A stretch of DNA of 64,000 bases from Octopus vulgaris (Eukaryota). Shown in pieces: positions 33,504-47,579 of this stretch. The DNA is taken from positions 74,090,001 to 74,154,000 of the forward strand of contig OX597831.1 of assembly GCA_951406725.2 (NCBI GenBank). The letters run 5' to 3'. Position 1 is the stretch's first letter, and each line of letters begins with the position of its first letter. The translations under genes and the position numbers were made by a program. The notes beneath the pieces are model-generated. The model saw nothing but the letters and a program-made list of their open reading frames with translations, had not been told where the DNA came from and did not search any database.

Positions 33504-34902
33504 ATATTTCGGAATGGTCATATTGCCAGTTTAGCCAATAAAAACACACGCACTATATATTTGGTGTTATTTTGCTTCAGTGATATTTATTTTTTACATT
33601 AATCTTAATCTTATTTCGGCCAAAGTTCTTTCGTCACACTCCTGTGACCGCATCAGTGGTCCTTTGTTTTCTTCTCACTTACTTGTGTCTCTCCTTACTA
33701 ACCGTCAGCCATTTTATATTTCTATTGTATGTCTTCATTTGCGCATGTTTATATCTCTATGTGCGTCTATGTTTATTTAGTGTGTGTGTGGGGGGGATGC
33801 CTGTAATATTTGTATCTTCTGGTTATATACATTCTTGTAATTTGTATTTTGTTTTTGTTGTTGTTGCTTTTGTTCTAATTTTGTTCATGTGTTTACATCC
33901 ACCCATTATTATCATTACATATGCTTGTATGTATGTATAACAACAATATTAGTAATAATAATAATAAATCTAATGGAAAAAAAAAAAAAAAGGAATATAC
34001 ATATACATATATATATATACATACACATACATATACATATATATATATATACATATACACACACATATATACACATATACATATACATATACATATATAT
34101 AGATATTCATTTCTATTTCTTTAATTACCTGTGTATTTATTATGTTTGCAGGATCCACTATTGTCATATGTTGTGGTGTGCGCTATTGCTCCATTCTAGT
34201 TTTCTATTCAGGCTAGGTTTATTTTCTATTATATGTGTAGCTTCTGTAATTTGTCTAATTGTTGCATCTGTTCTATGTGTGGACAATATCTTAATCTCTA
34301 TGTTATTGATTGATCCCTCGTGTTCTTGTTCGGCGTGTTGGTACAGAATCGATGAGCTTTTACCTTCCTTGAGTTGTCTCCAATGTTCATTCACCCGCTC
34401 ACCAATGCTTCTTGCAGTTTCCCCTACGTATGTTACTGTCTTGTTACTGCATCGTCCCTCTATACATCTTATACTATAGACCACATTTCTGGCTTTACAG
34501 TTCGTTTGTGGGCTAAATCTACATACAGTGCAATAGTTATCCGTACAGAGAGTTCTACTAAAAGGATAGCTTCTACCAATTATAGATCTGATAGGGTTGC
34601 CTGGCTTTTCAACAACCTTAATTCTTAGTTTAAGTTTATCTAGGGTCCTTCTAAAGCGGTACGCTAGTTCACCTCCAGGGGTGGTGTCAACGAACATGAC
34701 ACTCTGGTATTTATGGCTATCATACCAAGAGTTGGCCTTCCCTATTTTCTTTTTTGTCCTTTCTATAGTGTTCCATGACTTGTTCCTATAGAGTGGGCAA
34801 ATCCCATTCCTATCATTACATAATATATTATCAAATTTCTTCATGGCTCCTTTGTATACTCTGATCCTTTCTTTATGGCTGTAACCTGAGAACTGCATGC
34901 GG
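33496..34902 (-). mobile_element. Penelope-like element, inverted more-truncated copy (left arm)
   Basis: Reverse complement of 35331-36737; abuts (TA)n. Confidence 0.9.
34164..34902 (-). CDS. PLE C-terminal linker + GIY-YIG endonuclease (uninterrupted but 5'-truncated)
   Basis: MQFSGY...CTDNYCTVC...CKARNVVYSIRCIEGRC...YVGETARSIGERVNEH...LYQHAEQEH...RQITEA...PSLNRKLE. Confidence 0.85.
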
Positions 34903-36070
34903 AAATCCATACTCGTAAACATGTACTCTCGCTATGTTGATGATATCAATATAGTAGTAAAGGCACCCCCACAAGAGAGTACTGTTGATATAGTAATAGA
35001 AACTAATACTATGGAGAGCATCCAGCAAATAGCTAACTCCATCCACCAGAGTATTAAGGTCACAATAGACTACCCCACTAAACACCCCAACCATAGACTA
35101 CCAGTACTAGACACTGAACTCTGGCTAGAAATTGTGAAAAATAAAACCCAAATCCTTCATTCATACTATGCAAAACCTATGGCCTCAAAATACCTGATCC
35201 ACCGGAACTCAGCCATTGCGGGCAATGCCAAATTCAATATTTTGATGGCAGACCTCGTCAGAATAATGAGAAATGTGTCACGCATGTGCGAGCCTACAGA
35301 ATTAAAAAGACACATACAGTACTTCATTCACCGCATGCAGTTCTCAGGTTACAGCCATAAAGAAAGGATCAGAGTATACAAAGGAGCCATGAAGAAATTT
35401 GATAATATATTATGTAATGATAGGAATGGGATTTGCCCACTCTATAGGAACAAGTCATGGAACACTATAGAAAGGACAAAAAGAAAATAGGGAAGGCCAA
35501 CTATCTTGGTATGATAGCCATAAATACCAGAGTGTCATGTTCGTTGACACCACCCCTGGAGGTGAACTAGCGTACCGCTTTAGAAGGACCCTAGATAAAC
35601 TTAAACTAAGAATTAAGGTTGTTGAAAAGCCAGGCAACCCTATCAGATCTATAATTGGTAGAAGCTATCCTTTTAGTAGAACTCTCTGTACGGATAACTA
35701 TTGCACTGTATGTAGATTTAGCCCACAAACGAACTGTAAAGCCAGAAATGTGGTCTATAGTATAAGATGTATAGAGGGACGATGCAGTAACAAGACAGTA
35801 ACATACGTAGGGGAAACTGCAAGAAGCATTGGTGAGCGGGTGAATGAACATTGGAGACAACTCAAGGAAGGTAAAAGCTCATCGATTCTGTACCAACACG
35901 CCGAACAAGAACACGGAGGATCAATCAATAACATAGAGATTAAGATATTGTCCACACATAGAACAGATGCAACAATTAGACAAATTACAGAAGCTACACA
36001 TATAATAGAAAATAAACCTAGCCTGAATAGAAAACTAGAATGGAGCAATAGCGCACACCACAACATATGA
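34903..36070 (+). pseudogene. PLE reverse transcriptase (YVDD to thumb) + GIY-YIG, frameshifted near 35480-35505
   Basis: SRYVDD, LPVLD, YYAKPMAS, MQFSGY, then VY..YVGET; -1 and +2 indels relative to the left copy. Confidence 0.88.
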
Positions 36071-36570
36071 CAATAGTGGATCCTGCAAACATAATAAATA
36101 CACAGGTAATTAAAGAAATAGAAATGAATATCTATATATATGTATATGTATATATGTATATGTGTATATATGTGTGTGTATATGTATATATATATATATG
36201 TATATGTATGTGTATGTATATATATATATGTATATGTATATTCCTTTTTTTTTTTTTTTCCATTAGATTTATTATTATTATTACTAATATTGTTGTTATA
36301 CATACATACAAGCATATGTAATGATAATAATGGGTGGATGTAAACACATGAACAAAATTAGAACAAAAGCAACAACAACAAAAACAAAATACAAATTACA
36401 AGAATGTATATAACCAGAAGATGCAAATATTACAGGCATCCCCACACACACACTAAATAAACATAGACGCACATAGAGATATAAACATGCGCAAATGAAG
36501 ACATACAATAGAAATATAAAATGGCTGACGGTTAGTAAGGAGAGACACAAGTAAGTGAGAAGAAAACAAA

Positions 36571-36615
36571 GGACCACTGATGCGGTCACAGGAGTGTGAC
36601 GAAAGAACTTTGGCC
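36571..36615 (+). ncRNA. PLE hammerhead-like fold (A9C variant); identical mirror 33618-33662 on minus
   Basis: GGACCA-CTGATGC-G-GTCACA-GGAG-TGTGAC-GAAAG-AA-CTT-TGGCC. Confidence 0.65.
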
Positions 36616-36792
36616 GAAATAAGATTAAGATTAATGTAAAAAATAAATATCACTGAAGCAAAATAACACCAAATATATAGTGCGTGTGTTTTTATTGGCT
36701 AAACTGGCAATATGACCATTCCGAAATATAACAATATCTGTTTCAACACACGACTTCACATAAAAAATCTTGCACAACAAATATTTAAACGT

Positions 36793-36828
<36 letters not shown>

Positions 36829-37001
36829 ATATATAATAGTTATCGCCATACTAATATGGCATTCTTATAAAAATAAGAATAAAGCTGTCCGCTTATTAGC
36901 TCCATGAGGCCATCGCCTTAAGTTAGCTATTTGATACACAAACTGTATCCATATAACCTTCGAACAAGGGAGGTCAGTCGCTCCACACTACTTGACCGGC
37001 A

Positions 37002-37043
37002 GCTACAGACGCGTTTCGGGGTATTGCCCCTTTTCAATGCAGC
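37002..37043 (-). ncRNA. Type I hammerhead, U3-A8 core variant, GUC site
   Basis: Minus: GCTGCA-TTGAAAA-GGGG-CAATA-CCCC-GAAAC-GC-GTC-TGTAGC. Confidence 0.8.
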
Positions 37044-37469
37044 GTAGCCAGACCAGTAGGTGTCGCTTCTGACAATCTCTGTTCGAAGGTTTTATTTACT
37101 AGCTTCGGTGGAATACATCCACTTGTTTTCAATAATAGAAATATTAAAATTACTAAGTCTCCGAACACTTCCTCCCACAAGGCTCCGTTATAGCCGAGAT
37201 GATAGTGATGAATCCTGAACCATATACTCATGCATGCATGTGTAAATATATATATGCAAAAAAGGGTGAAATATATTTAATTTATATTGAGGGAGATATG
37301 AATTCAAAAAAGGGGGAAATATATTTAATTTATATTGAGGGAGATATGAATTCGCATGTCTGTATAAATGTAGGAATGCTAGCAGTCCGTTAGATCGTTC
37401 GATGTCGCTGGTCGAGCTGGTGTAACGGGTGAATTTTTTTCCCCTAGCATTTCTAGATTTATAGGAAAT

Positions 37470-37527
37470 ATTATATTGACAAGGAAATGAGCCTTCGGTT
37501 CTAATCCAGAAACGATTCGTCTATAAT
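37470..37527 (+). ncRNA. Type I hammerhead, U3-A8 core variant, GUC site
   Basis: ATTATA-TTGACAA-GGA-AAT-GAGCC-TTC-GGTTC-TAA-TCC-A-GAAAC-GATTC-GTC-TATAAT. Confidence 0.7.
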
Positions 37528-37708
37528 TAATCCATAAGCTGGGATTTCGTTATTTTCTTTCTTTTTGCCATATACAGGTTACAAATTCTGTTTGTTTGTG
37601 GAGATTTTTTTTAATAGTAGGAGAAATAGTGATCAATTTGGCTGCTATTTCTAATATTTTCGGTATGTGGTTTTGAGCAACTTGTTGCAATTAACCCTTT
37701 ATTATAAT

Positions 37709-37772
<64 letters not shown>

Positions 37773-37775
<3 letters not shown>

Positions 37776-38091
37776 TCACAAGGACATGTGTTACATCAAA
37801 AAATCTTGGTTTTTTTTACATTACTTCAACATCCAAATTTCCTCATTCTACATTGAGAGAAGAAATAGATGGACGCTTCAATTCTATGCTGCTGCCGCAT
37901 TATGTCGTACGCGAATGAGAGGATTTGCATCCCCAACCAAGAATTTTTGATGTAACACATGTCCTTGTGGAAGCTGTTGTGCACGGCTGAAGAAGGCCAC
38001 AGACATACATTATGCATTGTTATAAATCTGTCTAATAAAGGCCCGAAACATATGTACCGCTGAATCCTTGGCATCATGTTTTTATTTTGAT

Positions 38092-38095
<4 letters not shown>
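37773..38095 (+). mobile_element. Hammerhead element with a short inverted arm in (TA)n
   Basis: IR 37776-37810 / 37934-37969; hammerhead downstream. Confidence 0.7.
37984..38059 (+). ncRNA. Type I hammerhead (GUA site)
   Basis: CGG-CTGAAGA-AGGCC..GGCCC-GAAAC-ATAT-GTA-CCG; palindromic ACATATGT stem III. Confidence 0.65.
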
Positions 38096-38137
<42 letters not shown>

Positions 38138-38295
38138 TTATATCTATATATATATATTTATCTCTGTCTCAATTTCAGTTAACCACTTCTTTTTTTTTTT
38201 TTTTGCTGTGCTATAAACCCTCCGTCCTGCATTCACAGTGATACATCGCTAGCCACTAAACCTTTTCTATTTTCTTTCCCTGTTTATTTCTGTTC

Positions 38296-38331
38296 CTTTC
38301 TGTTGAAGAGCGTAGGCTCGAAACGTAAAAA
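38296..38331 (+). ncRNA. Degenerate minimal hammerhead (A6U)
   Basis: CTTT-CTGTTGA-A-GAGC-GTAG-GCTC-GAAAC-GTA-AAAA. Confidence 0.5.
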
Positions 38332-38414
38332 TTTTTCTCACTTCCTGAGCGTTAAACTAATACATCTATTTGTTGTATACTCATCCATCTTCGTCTTTTG
38401 TTCTTTTTAAATTC

Positions 38415-38465
<51 letters not shown>

Positions 38466-38551
38466 CTGTATAGCGGTGGAGCTGGATGTATGTATGTCTG
38501 TACATGCGTGTATGTGAGGGAATGTATGTTAAAGATATATTGTTGTTATTA

Positions 38552-38657
<106 letters not shown>

Positions 38658-40225
38658 GAATTATGTTATATACGTTCTCGAACAATAGTCTTGTTGAATG
38701 CAACAAATGGATTTCCGTCGGCTTCGACGGTCAGCGATCCAGTTGCTTGATCAATTGATCTCATTACTGTTCGATATCTGAGTTGAAACAATGGTGGAAC
38801 GGAAGAGCAAACCAAGCCATTTACCCTACCATTGAACACAAAGACTATCGATCTCTCGTTGTTGTGTCGTACAGACTGTCGTTTATTGTTGTTGTTATTG
38901 TTGCGGTTGTTGTTGTTGTTTAACCCAAGTCAATCTTGATCTAGCAGGTTTACCATCCGACCATATTCCCGTTTTTGTCATGGTGTATCTTGAACTACAC
39001 TACATATGTTCTTTCAGCGGTATTTCGTCTGCCGCAGCCGATGTAGTGATGTGGTGTTGGTGTTAGTAGTATAGTGGTCGATGTAATCGACTTAATCTGT
39101 TTGTCTGTCCTTGTTTGTCCCCTCTGTGTTTAGCCCCTTGTGGGTAGTAAAGAAATAGGTATTTATGTGGAGATGGTGCAGCTGATGTAGTGATGTGGTG
39201 TTGGTGTTGGTAGTATAGTGGTACAGTTGTTGATATTGGTGATGGCTCTGTGTGTATTGTAACAGTAGTTTCGTTATGGTTGTTTGGTGGTGTTTGTGTT
39301 GTAGTATGGCATATAAGGTTTTGGTGGTGTTGATGTCGGTGTGTGGTGCTGTAGCGATTTTCGTTTAGCAGCAGATTAGTTTAATGTGGAGGTGCGATGA
39401 CGCTGGTGTATGGTACAGTTCAGTCGTAGTCTTGGTGTGGTTGTGTAGAAGTGTTAGCATAGGACGTAGTTATACAGTGGTTGGGTGTGGTTGGGTGGTA
39501 GTGTAGCGGTGACGGGATGAAGTTTCCTTGGCTGCTGCGATGAGATGCTTTCAAGTAGGAGAAGAATTAGTGTCCAGTGTGATAGATGAATAGGAACGGG
39601 AAAAGGATTGTGTGAAAGATTTACAGAAAGAGGATGTACGGGGTGGGGTGTGGCGGGTGCATGGATGGGAGGGTGGAGGAGAGATTGAAGACGGGTGGTG
39701 AGATGAGGAAACGTTGAGAGAAATGCAAGGCTGGAGAGATGGACGATGAGGAAGGAAGGACGACGTGAAGAATGGAAAAAGAAAGGGAGAGGAATGGAGA
39801 TAATGTTGGAAGGTGAAGGGGTGGCGAGAGGGACAGATATAATGATAGTGATGGCGGTCGGTGCGAAAGCTGTGAAAGATCCACATCAAATAAATAAAGT
39901 TAAGGACTCTAAATTAGATTCTTTAATCAAATATTGACAGTTTCAACGAGGATCGATTTGTTGGATAATCTTGCAAGTATAAAAGAGCGGAGAGAGCCTG
40001 TGCAGTTTGACTGACAAAGTGGGCGCACTTGCATACACGCACACACACACATACATACATACATATACGTGTGTATATATACATACATACATCAAATACA
40101 CTCATACATACATATATATACATATATATATACATGCATTCATAATACCTATACATATACATACATAAACATACATATATATATATGTGTGTGTATGCAT
40201 ATATATATACATACATATATATATA

Positions 40226-40344
<119 letters not shown>

Positions 40345-41118
40345 GTATTAGTATGTATACATATATACACATGTATGAGCAGAAAGAAATAGAGAGGGTG
40401 CAAAAAAGAGTTACATATAAAGAATATGTGTATTTAATATACACAAACACATGAATGTGTGTGTATGTGAGTATGTCTGTGGGATGTATATGCATACATA
40501 TATGTGTTTGTGTGTGTCTGTGTGTGCATGTGTACATGTCTATTTATACATACATTCTTATGTAAATGTATGTATGAAAATATTGTAATTTCTATTATGA
40601 AGCAGAGTAGTGGTATTTAAGAAAATAAAAGAAAAGAGTGAAAACAGAATCGAATCCAAAGAAAACAAGTTGGCAACGGTTTTCACATTTGGTATGTATT
40701 TTAATATTTCGGGTTTAACATCCCTTATCATGAAAACAGAGATACCTTTTGTTCCATTCTTTACTGTGTACAATATAAAAGAAAGTATTTTTTACACATC
40801 GAATATTTTAGGGCTTCAGCCTTTGCAGACGGCTACTTTTGAGACTGCCAGATCACTTAATTTTCGTTCTTAAAGGGAAGATTTAAGTTATTCATCATCA
40901 TAGCTCCGTTAATCCTTAAATTTCCGATATTCTATTTTGAGGTTTTAATAGTGACTGATATCCTGGTTATGACATCACACCAGATGTTTATAACAGAGGA
41001 TGTATTTGCATAAATTCGATCTTTAATGTGAATGTGCTTTTGAGCGAAGGTTGCTACTAGAGTGGATGTGCCTCAGTTATTATAATATCTATGTCACAGT
41101 GTAGGAGAGCATGTATAT

Positions 41119-41527
41119 CTCTCTTTACTCTTTTTACTCTTTTACTTGTTTCAGTCATTTGACTGCGGCCATGCTGGAGCACCGCCTTTAGTCGAGCAAA
41201 TCGACCCCGGGACTTATTCTTTGTAAGCCCAGTACTTATTCTATCGGTCTCTTTTGCCGAACTGCTAAGTGACGGGGACGTAAACACACCAGCATCGGTT
41301 GTCAAGCGATGTTGGGGGACAAACACAGACACACATACACATATATACATATTTATACATATATACGACAGGCTTCTTTCAGTTTCCGTCTACCAAATCC
41401 ACTCACAAGGCTTTGGTCGGCCCGAGGCTATAATAGAAGACACTTGCCCAAGGTGCCACGCAGTGGGACTGAACCCAGAACCATGTGGTTGGTTAAGCAA
41501 GCTACTTACCACACAGCCACTCCAGCG
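41119..41527 (-). mobile_element. tRNA-derived SINE family A, full copy
   Basis: Head GGAGTGGCTGTGTGGTAAG...GGGTTCAGTCCC, internal (TA/TG)n, tail GGTGCTCCAGCATGGCCGCAGTCAAATGACTGAAAC. Confidence 0.88.
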
Positions 41528-41631
41528 CCATATGTTAACAATCGGCAGTTAACTAATTGTTGCTACATGTTAGCCAACTCCTAGATTAGTACTTTCTGAT
41601 GGAATGTGTGTGTGTATGTTTAATGTATGTG

Positions 41632-41678
<47 letters not shown>

Positions 41679-41689
41679 GTAATGGTCCT

Positions 41690-41996
41690 TGAACGGCTCA
41701 TCAGAGTTGTGCCGACGTCCTGAGTATTGAAGCGATGGCGTACAGATACCATTTACGTTGGACTGGACATCTTGTTCGGATTATTAATCGGAAGATCCCT
41801 AAACAGATGCTATATGGCCAACTTGTCTATGGAAGCACCCACTAGCAGAAACCAAGACTACAGTTTAAGAGCTGTGTAAAGACTTCGTCGAAGGCATGTG
41901 AAATATGGGAGGCCAACTGGGAAAGGAAGCCTGGCATTGCTTTCCCAACGGACGAAACAAGTAAAGAAAGGAATGGATATTTTCGGAAAAACACGA
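41690..41996 (+). pseudogene. RTE-clade LINE 3' remnant, interrupted by the MITE
   Basis: LRWTGHLVRIINRKIPKQMLYGQL...KPRLQFKSCVK. Confidence 0.7.
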
Positions 41997-41997
41997 A

Positions 41998-42508
41998 CCG
42001 TAAATCCTCGAGTATAATCCGCATTTTATTCCCAAAATTTAATGGTCAAAATCCCTAGTGCGTACTATATACGAGGTTAAAAATGAAAATCATTTTCTAA
42101 GCAATGTCCGAGTCTCTATTTGCTGTCCGGCAATGTTTATTCCGACGCATTTTGTGATGTCGGGTGCGAAAATACCTTAAGCTAAGCATGAAAGCTATGA
42201 AGTCGTAAAAGAATCATCCATAACTTGCTGTAAGCAACATTTATTAAACGTTATTACTGTTATTTCTTTATTTTCTGCAAACAAAATGCACAAAAATAGC
42301 TACACGTTTGCGTTATGTTATATGTACAATAATAATAAAGGACGTTACTGTATACAGTTTTACAAACCAAGGACGTTATATAGACCTCCTTGACTGAAGT
42401 TAGAGAAGGGGTGCGTATTATACACACGGTTTAGTTTTTTCAGAGGTACAGCCCCCTAAACCCCCTGCGTATTATACTCAAGGGCGGACTATACTCGAGG
42501 ATTTACGG
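41998..42508. mobile_element. Pogo/Tigger-like MITE
   Basis: TIRs CCGTAAATCCTCGAGTATAATCCGC / GCGGACTATACTCGAGGATTTACGG, followed by TA; subterminal CGTATTATAC repeats. Confidence 0.85.
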
Positions 42509-43029
42509 TACTTTTCATGTAGAAAAATTGAAGAACAGTGATGATATTCGTCGCTCATGAGTGGACAACCATCATGCATATTTACATATAAATAATGTGT
42601 GTGTATGTGTGCACGCGTGTGTGTATGTGTGTGTGCTTGTGTGTGTGTGCGTGTGTTTGTGTATGTGTGTATTTGTTTATATATGTGTGTATATGTATGT
42701 ATGTATTTATGTTTGTATGTATGTATGTATGTATGTATGTATGTATGTATGTATGTATGTATGTGTGTGTCTGTCTATCTAAATAATGATGTGTTATTAT
42801 ACTATTCCGCACATACAATAACAGCCATACCAACAATCCAACATACCCCCATCATCGGCTGCCCCATGGATATCATTATGGTTTTGACACCTATATGTAT
42901 ATATGTCATGTTTATTTATGCATTATATTAGGTATTTTGTTCTGTACCATATTTTCGAAATCCTAATTCCTGCTCCAGGTTTTCTTTCATATTTTTAACA
43001 TTCCTATCTATGTATGTGTAGGCGGATGG

Positions 43030-43066
<37 letters not shown>

Positions 43067-43395
43067 ATACACATGTGCGCGTGTATGTATATATGTGCAT
43101 ATCTATACGTGTGTAAATCTGTAATATGTATGGTTGCTTGCAATTATGTTTTGTGCACAAGTATTGGAACGTGAAATTGTAAATTAAATTCTATGTGCAA
43201 GTGTGTGTGTGTATGTGTGAAACAGTGTGTGTATCTATGTGTACATGACCATCAGTATGTGGGTACGTGTCAGCTCACATGCACATACACACTAAAATAT
43301 GTATACGTCCAGGCAGTGACATATATATGTATGTGTGTGTATGAGTGTGTGAGTGTATATACATATGTACATATATATAGATATATACACACATA

Positions 43396-43458
<63 letters not shown>

Positions 43459-43465
43459 CATATGT

Positions 43466-43507
<42 letters not shown>

Positions 43508-44279
43508 ACGTTTCTTTGTATCTATGTTCCAACGTTCTTGTAATCCCGTATGTTGTCCACCTTCTTTCTGATCATACAGCCATTATTCAGCAATTATATA
43601 CCCATTATACATCAATTATATAACCATTATACATCAATTATTATACAAATCTTATACTTCTAAAATATATTTACAAATCTAAATAGTTTCAAATTTTTGT
43701 ATAATTTGTCAACAAATTTTTGAATAAATTTTAAATAAATTTCGCATTTTTATATTTTCCCCTACTTTATATATTTTATATTTTATATATTTATATACGT
43801 ATATATAATATATAAAAAATTATATTTATACTCACACACATACACAAATACATATATGTATGCATACATATATATGCATGTTTTTAAATTTTTATATACT
43901 TATATATCTTGTTTATAAGGTGTATATAATCATGTATTTGTCTATTTCGTGTATGTGTTTGCATAACTGTTTTATATTTGTTGCTTGTGCAGTGCTGCAG
44001 ATGTCTGTGTATATATATGCATACGCGTGTATTTGTGTTGTGAGTATGTGTATATGTAATGTGTGTATATCTGCGCACGTCTAAGTATGTGTATGCGTGT
44101 ATGAATTTGCATAGGTTTTCTTTGGAAGAATGGGCGCCTACTCTCCGCGAGCACGTGTGCATTTGTGAGTAAGTTTGCATTTTGTACTTCATCATATTTG
44201 CCTATATATGTGTGTGTATGTGCAACATATATTCATGCGAATGTGTGTATACGTGTGTAACGTATATATGTAGGCTGAC

Positions 44280-45540
44280 TACGAAGGAGTGATGCCAGAG
44301 CTGTGAAATGGTGCATGCATTAATTTCAACCCTTCTGATAACTGCATCGCTTCTTTCCAGGTAAACTAACATTTGTGTGTTCAAAGAAGATTCCAAAAGT
44401 AACAAGTAATGACTTCTCTTGAAAATGGACATAACTTGGCTTCGCAAAGTTTTCAAGTCCCTGCAGCAGAAGGATTTGGCCCCCAAGGACATTCATGCCG
44501 ACATGCTACATTAGGGGATGATGCTCCAGCTTTATCAACAGTGCAAAAGTGGACAGCTGAATTCAAGAGGCAAAAGGACAAGTCTTGAAGGTAGCCTAAG
44601 GTCTGGACGTCCGGCAACTGCTAGCGCCAAGGAAAACATTGACTGTGGTCATCACATGCTTGTGGATACAGGCGATTGACTATAAATCAAATAACGTATG
44701 CTATCAGCATATCCTGCGAGAAAGTTGAGAATATTCTGCTCGATGAATTTAGCATGACGAAAGTTTCTGTTCGGTGGGTGCCACATCTTTTGGGACCTGA
44801 TCAAAAGCGTACCAGGCTGATCAGAACATGGGAAAATCTGATATTATTTGAGGCGGATCCAGCTGGCTTCATCGAACATTTCCTAACACAGGATAAATTC
44901 TGGCTCCATCACTTTGAGACAGAGACAAAGAGATAATCCATGCAGTGGAGACAACCCACCTCACCTGTTTCAAAGAAGGCAAAAGTCGTTTCACGTGCCG
45001 GGAAGGTGATGACCTCCATTTTCTGGGATGCAAAAGGCATTGTGTTTAGAAGCTGTCTTTAGAAGGACCACACCATTAATGGAGAATACTATGCCAACTT
45101 ATTGGGCAGTTACAAAAGACTAACAAGATCAAAACTTTTTGGAAAACTCATGAAAGGGGTCTTGTTTCACGAAGACAATGCTTCAGCACACAAGTCCTTA
45201 GTTTCAATGGCTACCGTGCGTAACTGTGGCCTTGAACTGGTTCATCAGCCTCCCGATTCTCCTAATTTAGCCCCAACCGACTAACACGTGTTCCCCAACA
45301 TAACAAAAACGCTTGACTGGGAGGCAGTATCGCAGTGATGATGACGTTATACCTGCTGTTGATGATTTTTCTGACCAATAGGATTAAAGCCTCTTCACCA
45401 ATGGGATCAGTGAACTGCAATACTGGTGCAAGGAGTGTGTGGACCGTAAAGGGGGACTATGTTGTATGTTGAAAAATAATGAAAAGTGAATCTTGTTTGG
45501 TCACATTCCATGAGAGTATCTTGGTCAGCCGATCCTCGTA
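44280..45540 (+). mobile_element. Degraded mariner transposon
   Basis: WVPHLL, FWDAKGIV, FHEDNASAH, HQPPDSPNLAPTD motifs with stops and frameshifts; ends TACGAAGGA..TCCTCGTA. Confidence 0.88.
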
Positions 45541-45624
45541 TGCTTCAAAGCTTAGTCACTGGCAAGTAAATATGACCTGGTAACGATGTTTTCACTAATT
45601 TTTGTTGGTGCCTGGAGAAATCGA

Positions 45625-45799
45625 CACCTGCAAGGTTATGTGCTGTTTATCTTAATAAAAGATCACCATGTAGCGCACATATGGTTGTGATGCATGTGCC
45701 TAATGTACCCTTATCAGAGTAGTAGTCATGATGGGTATATTGGGCTTCGTATATTCGTACCCCAATTTCTCTTTGATGGCATGCACTGCTCTCTCACTC

Positions 45800-45801
<2 letters not shown>
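45625..45801 (+). mobile_element. (TAA)n-embedded repeat, 3' fragment
   Basis: Matches 11103-11281. Confidence 0.8.
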
Positions 45802-45885
<84 letters not shown>

Positions 45886-45899
45886 TAATAATAATGATG

Positions 45900-46385
45900 A
45901 TAATAGATCCAGGCTTATTGACCAGACATAACCATTAAAGACTAAGAAGAAAATACTTGTAGACTAATAGATGTAAGTGTTCCCACTGATAAAAATATAT
46001 CTCTAAGGAAATTTGACATATTAAGTATATATGGGGACCTGGAGATTGAAATACAAAAGATGTGGCATCTTAAAGCAAGAACCTTTCCTGTTACTTTGGG
46101 TGTCCTGGGTATAATAAGAAAGGGATGTCAGAAACATCTAGATAATATTCCAGGAGAACCATGTCTCAAAGAAATCCAAAAGAATGTGCTGCTGACAAGT
46201 ATTGCCCACATCCTTGGGAAAACCCTATCAATTTAAATGTTTGTGCTGTGTTGCATGAAGATACTTCGCTACTGCTCCTATCACTTGCCCCTCCCCAAGC
46301 CTTTATCCTTCACTCGCCCTAGGACGCTGGGTGTGTCTCGGCGAGTGTTTGTGACAAACATGCAGATAAGAAATAAATAAATGAA
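45900..46385 (+). pseudogene. R4/Dong-like LINE restriction-like endonuclease 3' remnant
   Basis: RLIDVSVPTDKNISL...YGDLEIEIQKMWHLK..FPVTLGVLGIIRKG..LKEIQK..AHILGKTL; follows (TAA)n. Confidence 0.75.
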
Positions 46386-46679
46386 TTCTTTTACAGGGAT
46401 ATCATGTTGAAACAGACATTGTGTGAAGCGGGTTTATTTAAATGGAAAAAAAGATGAAGGCAGCAAGAAGAGTCCCATGATGGATTATCACTGAACCAAG
46501 GATAAGGCTGATCACACATGCCTTGGCGATCCATTGATTGTCAGCGTTGTTCTTAGTGTGTTTGTTGTTGTTGTTGTTGTTATTGTTATTGTTGCTGAGA
46601 GGTTTGTTGTTGTTTTCAATGTTGCCAAAATATATTTCTTTTCCATTTTGATTCTTCATTTGGTTTCGTCATTGCGTTT

Positions 46680-47120
46680 GTGTCACCACCACCACCACCA
46701 CCACCACCAGCACAACCACCACCACCACCACCACCACCACCACCACCACCACCACCACCACCACCACCACCGCCATTACCACTACCACTCATCACCACCG
46801 CCCACCACTACCACCATCACCACCACCACCATCACCAACAACACCACAACCACCACCAACAGCTAAACCACCACCACAGCCACCACCACCACCACCACCA
46901 CCACCACCACTACAACTACTACAACCACCACCACCACCACAACTACCACAACCACCACCATCACCACCACAGCCACCATTACAACAACAACCATTGTTTT
47001 CACTACCACCGCCGACGCTGTTGGCATCGCCACTACATTCACTACCACCTCCGCCAACACTGCTATCACAACCAGCACCACTGTCACCACCACCGCCACT
47101 ACAACTACCCACCACAACCC
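46680..47120. repeat. (CAC)n degenerate microsatellite
   Basis: Direct reading. Confidence 0.9.
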
Positions 47121-47313
47121 CGGCCACCTCATACAATCTCCCCACCCCATTCTATATCACCCCTTACAACAGGTTAATTAGTTCAGGGAGACCAGAAAAT
47201 ATTCAATATTTATTCCAATGATGTTTCTTATAATGTTTCTTTCTTTTATTTCAACTGCTGATTAGAAACACACACACACACACACACACACTTACACACA
47301 TACACATACATAC

Positions 47314-47370
<57 letters not shown>

Positions 47371-47426
47371 TATACATGTATGCATACATATATTACATAT
47401 GTTTGCGAACATACATATATATATAC

Positions 47427-47524
<98 letters not shown>

Positions 47525-47537
47525 TATATGTGTGTGT

Positions 47538-47579
<42 letters not shown>

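Larger units (their letters stand above)
34903..36791 (+). mobile_element. Penelope-like element (Naiad/Neptune-type), 5'-truncated, with hammerhead-bearing 3' region
   Basis: RT-thumb and GIY-YIG ORF, long 3' non-coding region, ends at (TA)n near 36791. Confidence 0.9.
36838..37712. mobile_element. Composite element with two divergent hammerheads in (TA)n
   Basis: Hammerheads 37002-37043 (-) and 37470-37527 (+); 37545-37705 is homologous to 58447-58606; 46-bp tandem duplication 37258-37352. Confidence 0.7.

Noticed and set aside
34164-36070. Selenocysteine recoding as reported for some Naiad PLEs
   Set aside because: All visible Cys positions are normal codons and there is no in-frame TGA in the retained part
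37350-37700. Possible GIY-YIG coding remnant on minus
   Set aside because: No convincing motifs; better explained as a plus-strand hammerhead tail
39551-39889. Possible old PLE linker remnant on minus
   Set aside because: Only vague compositional similarity
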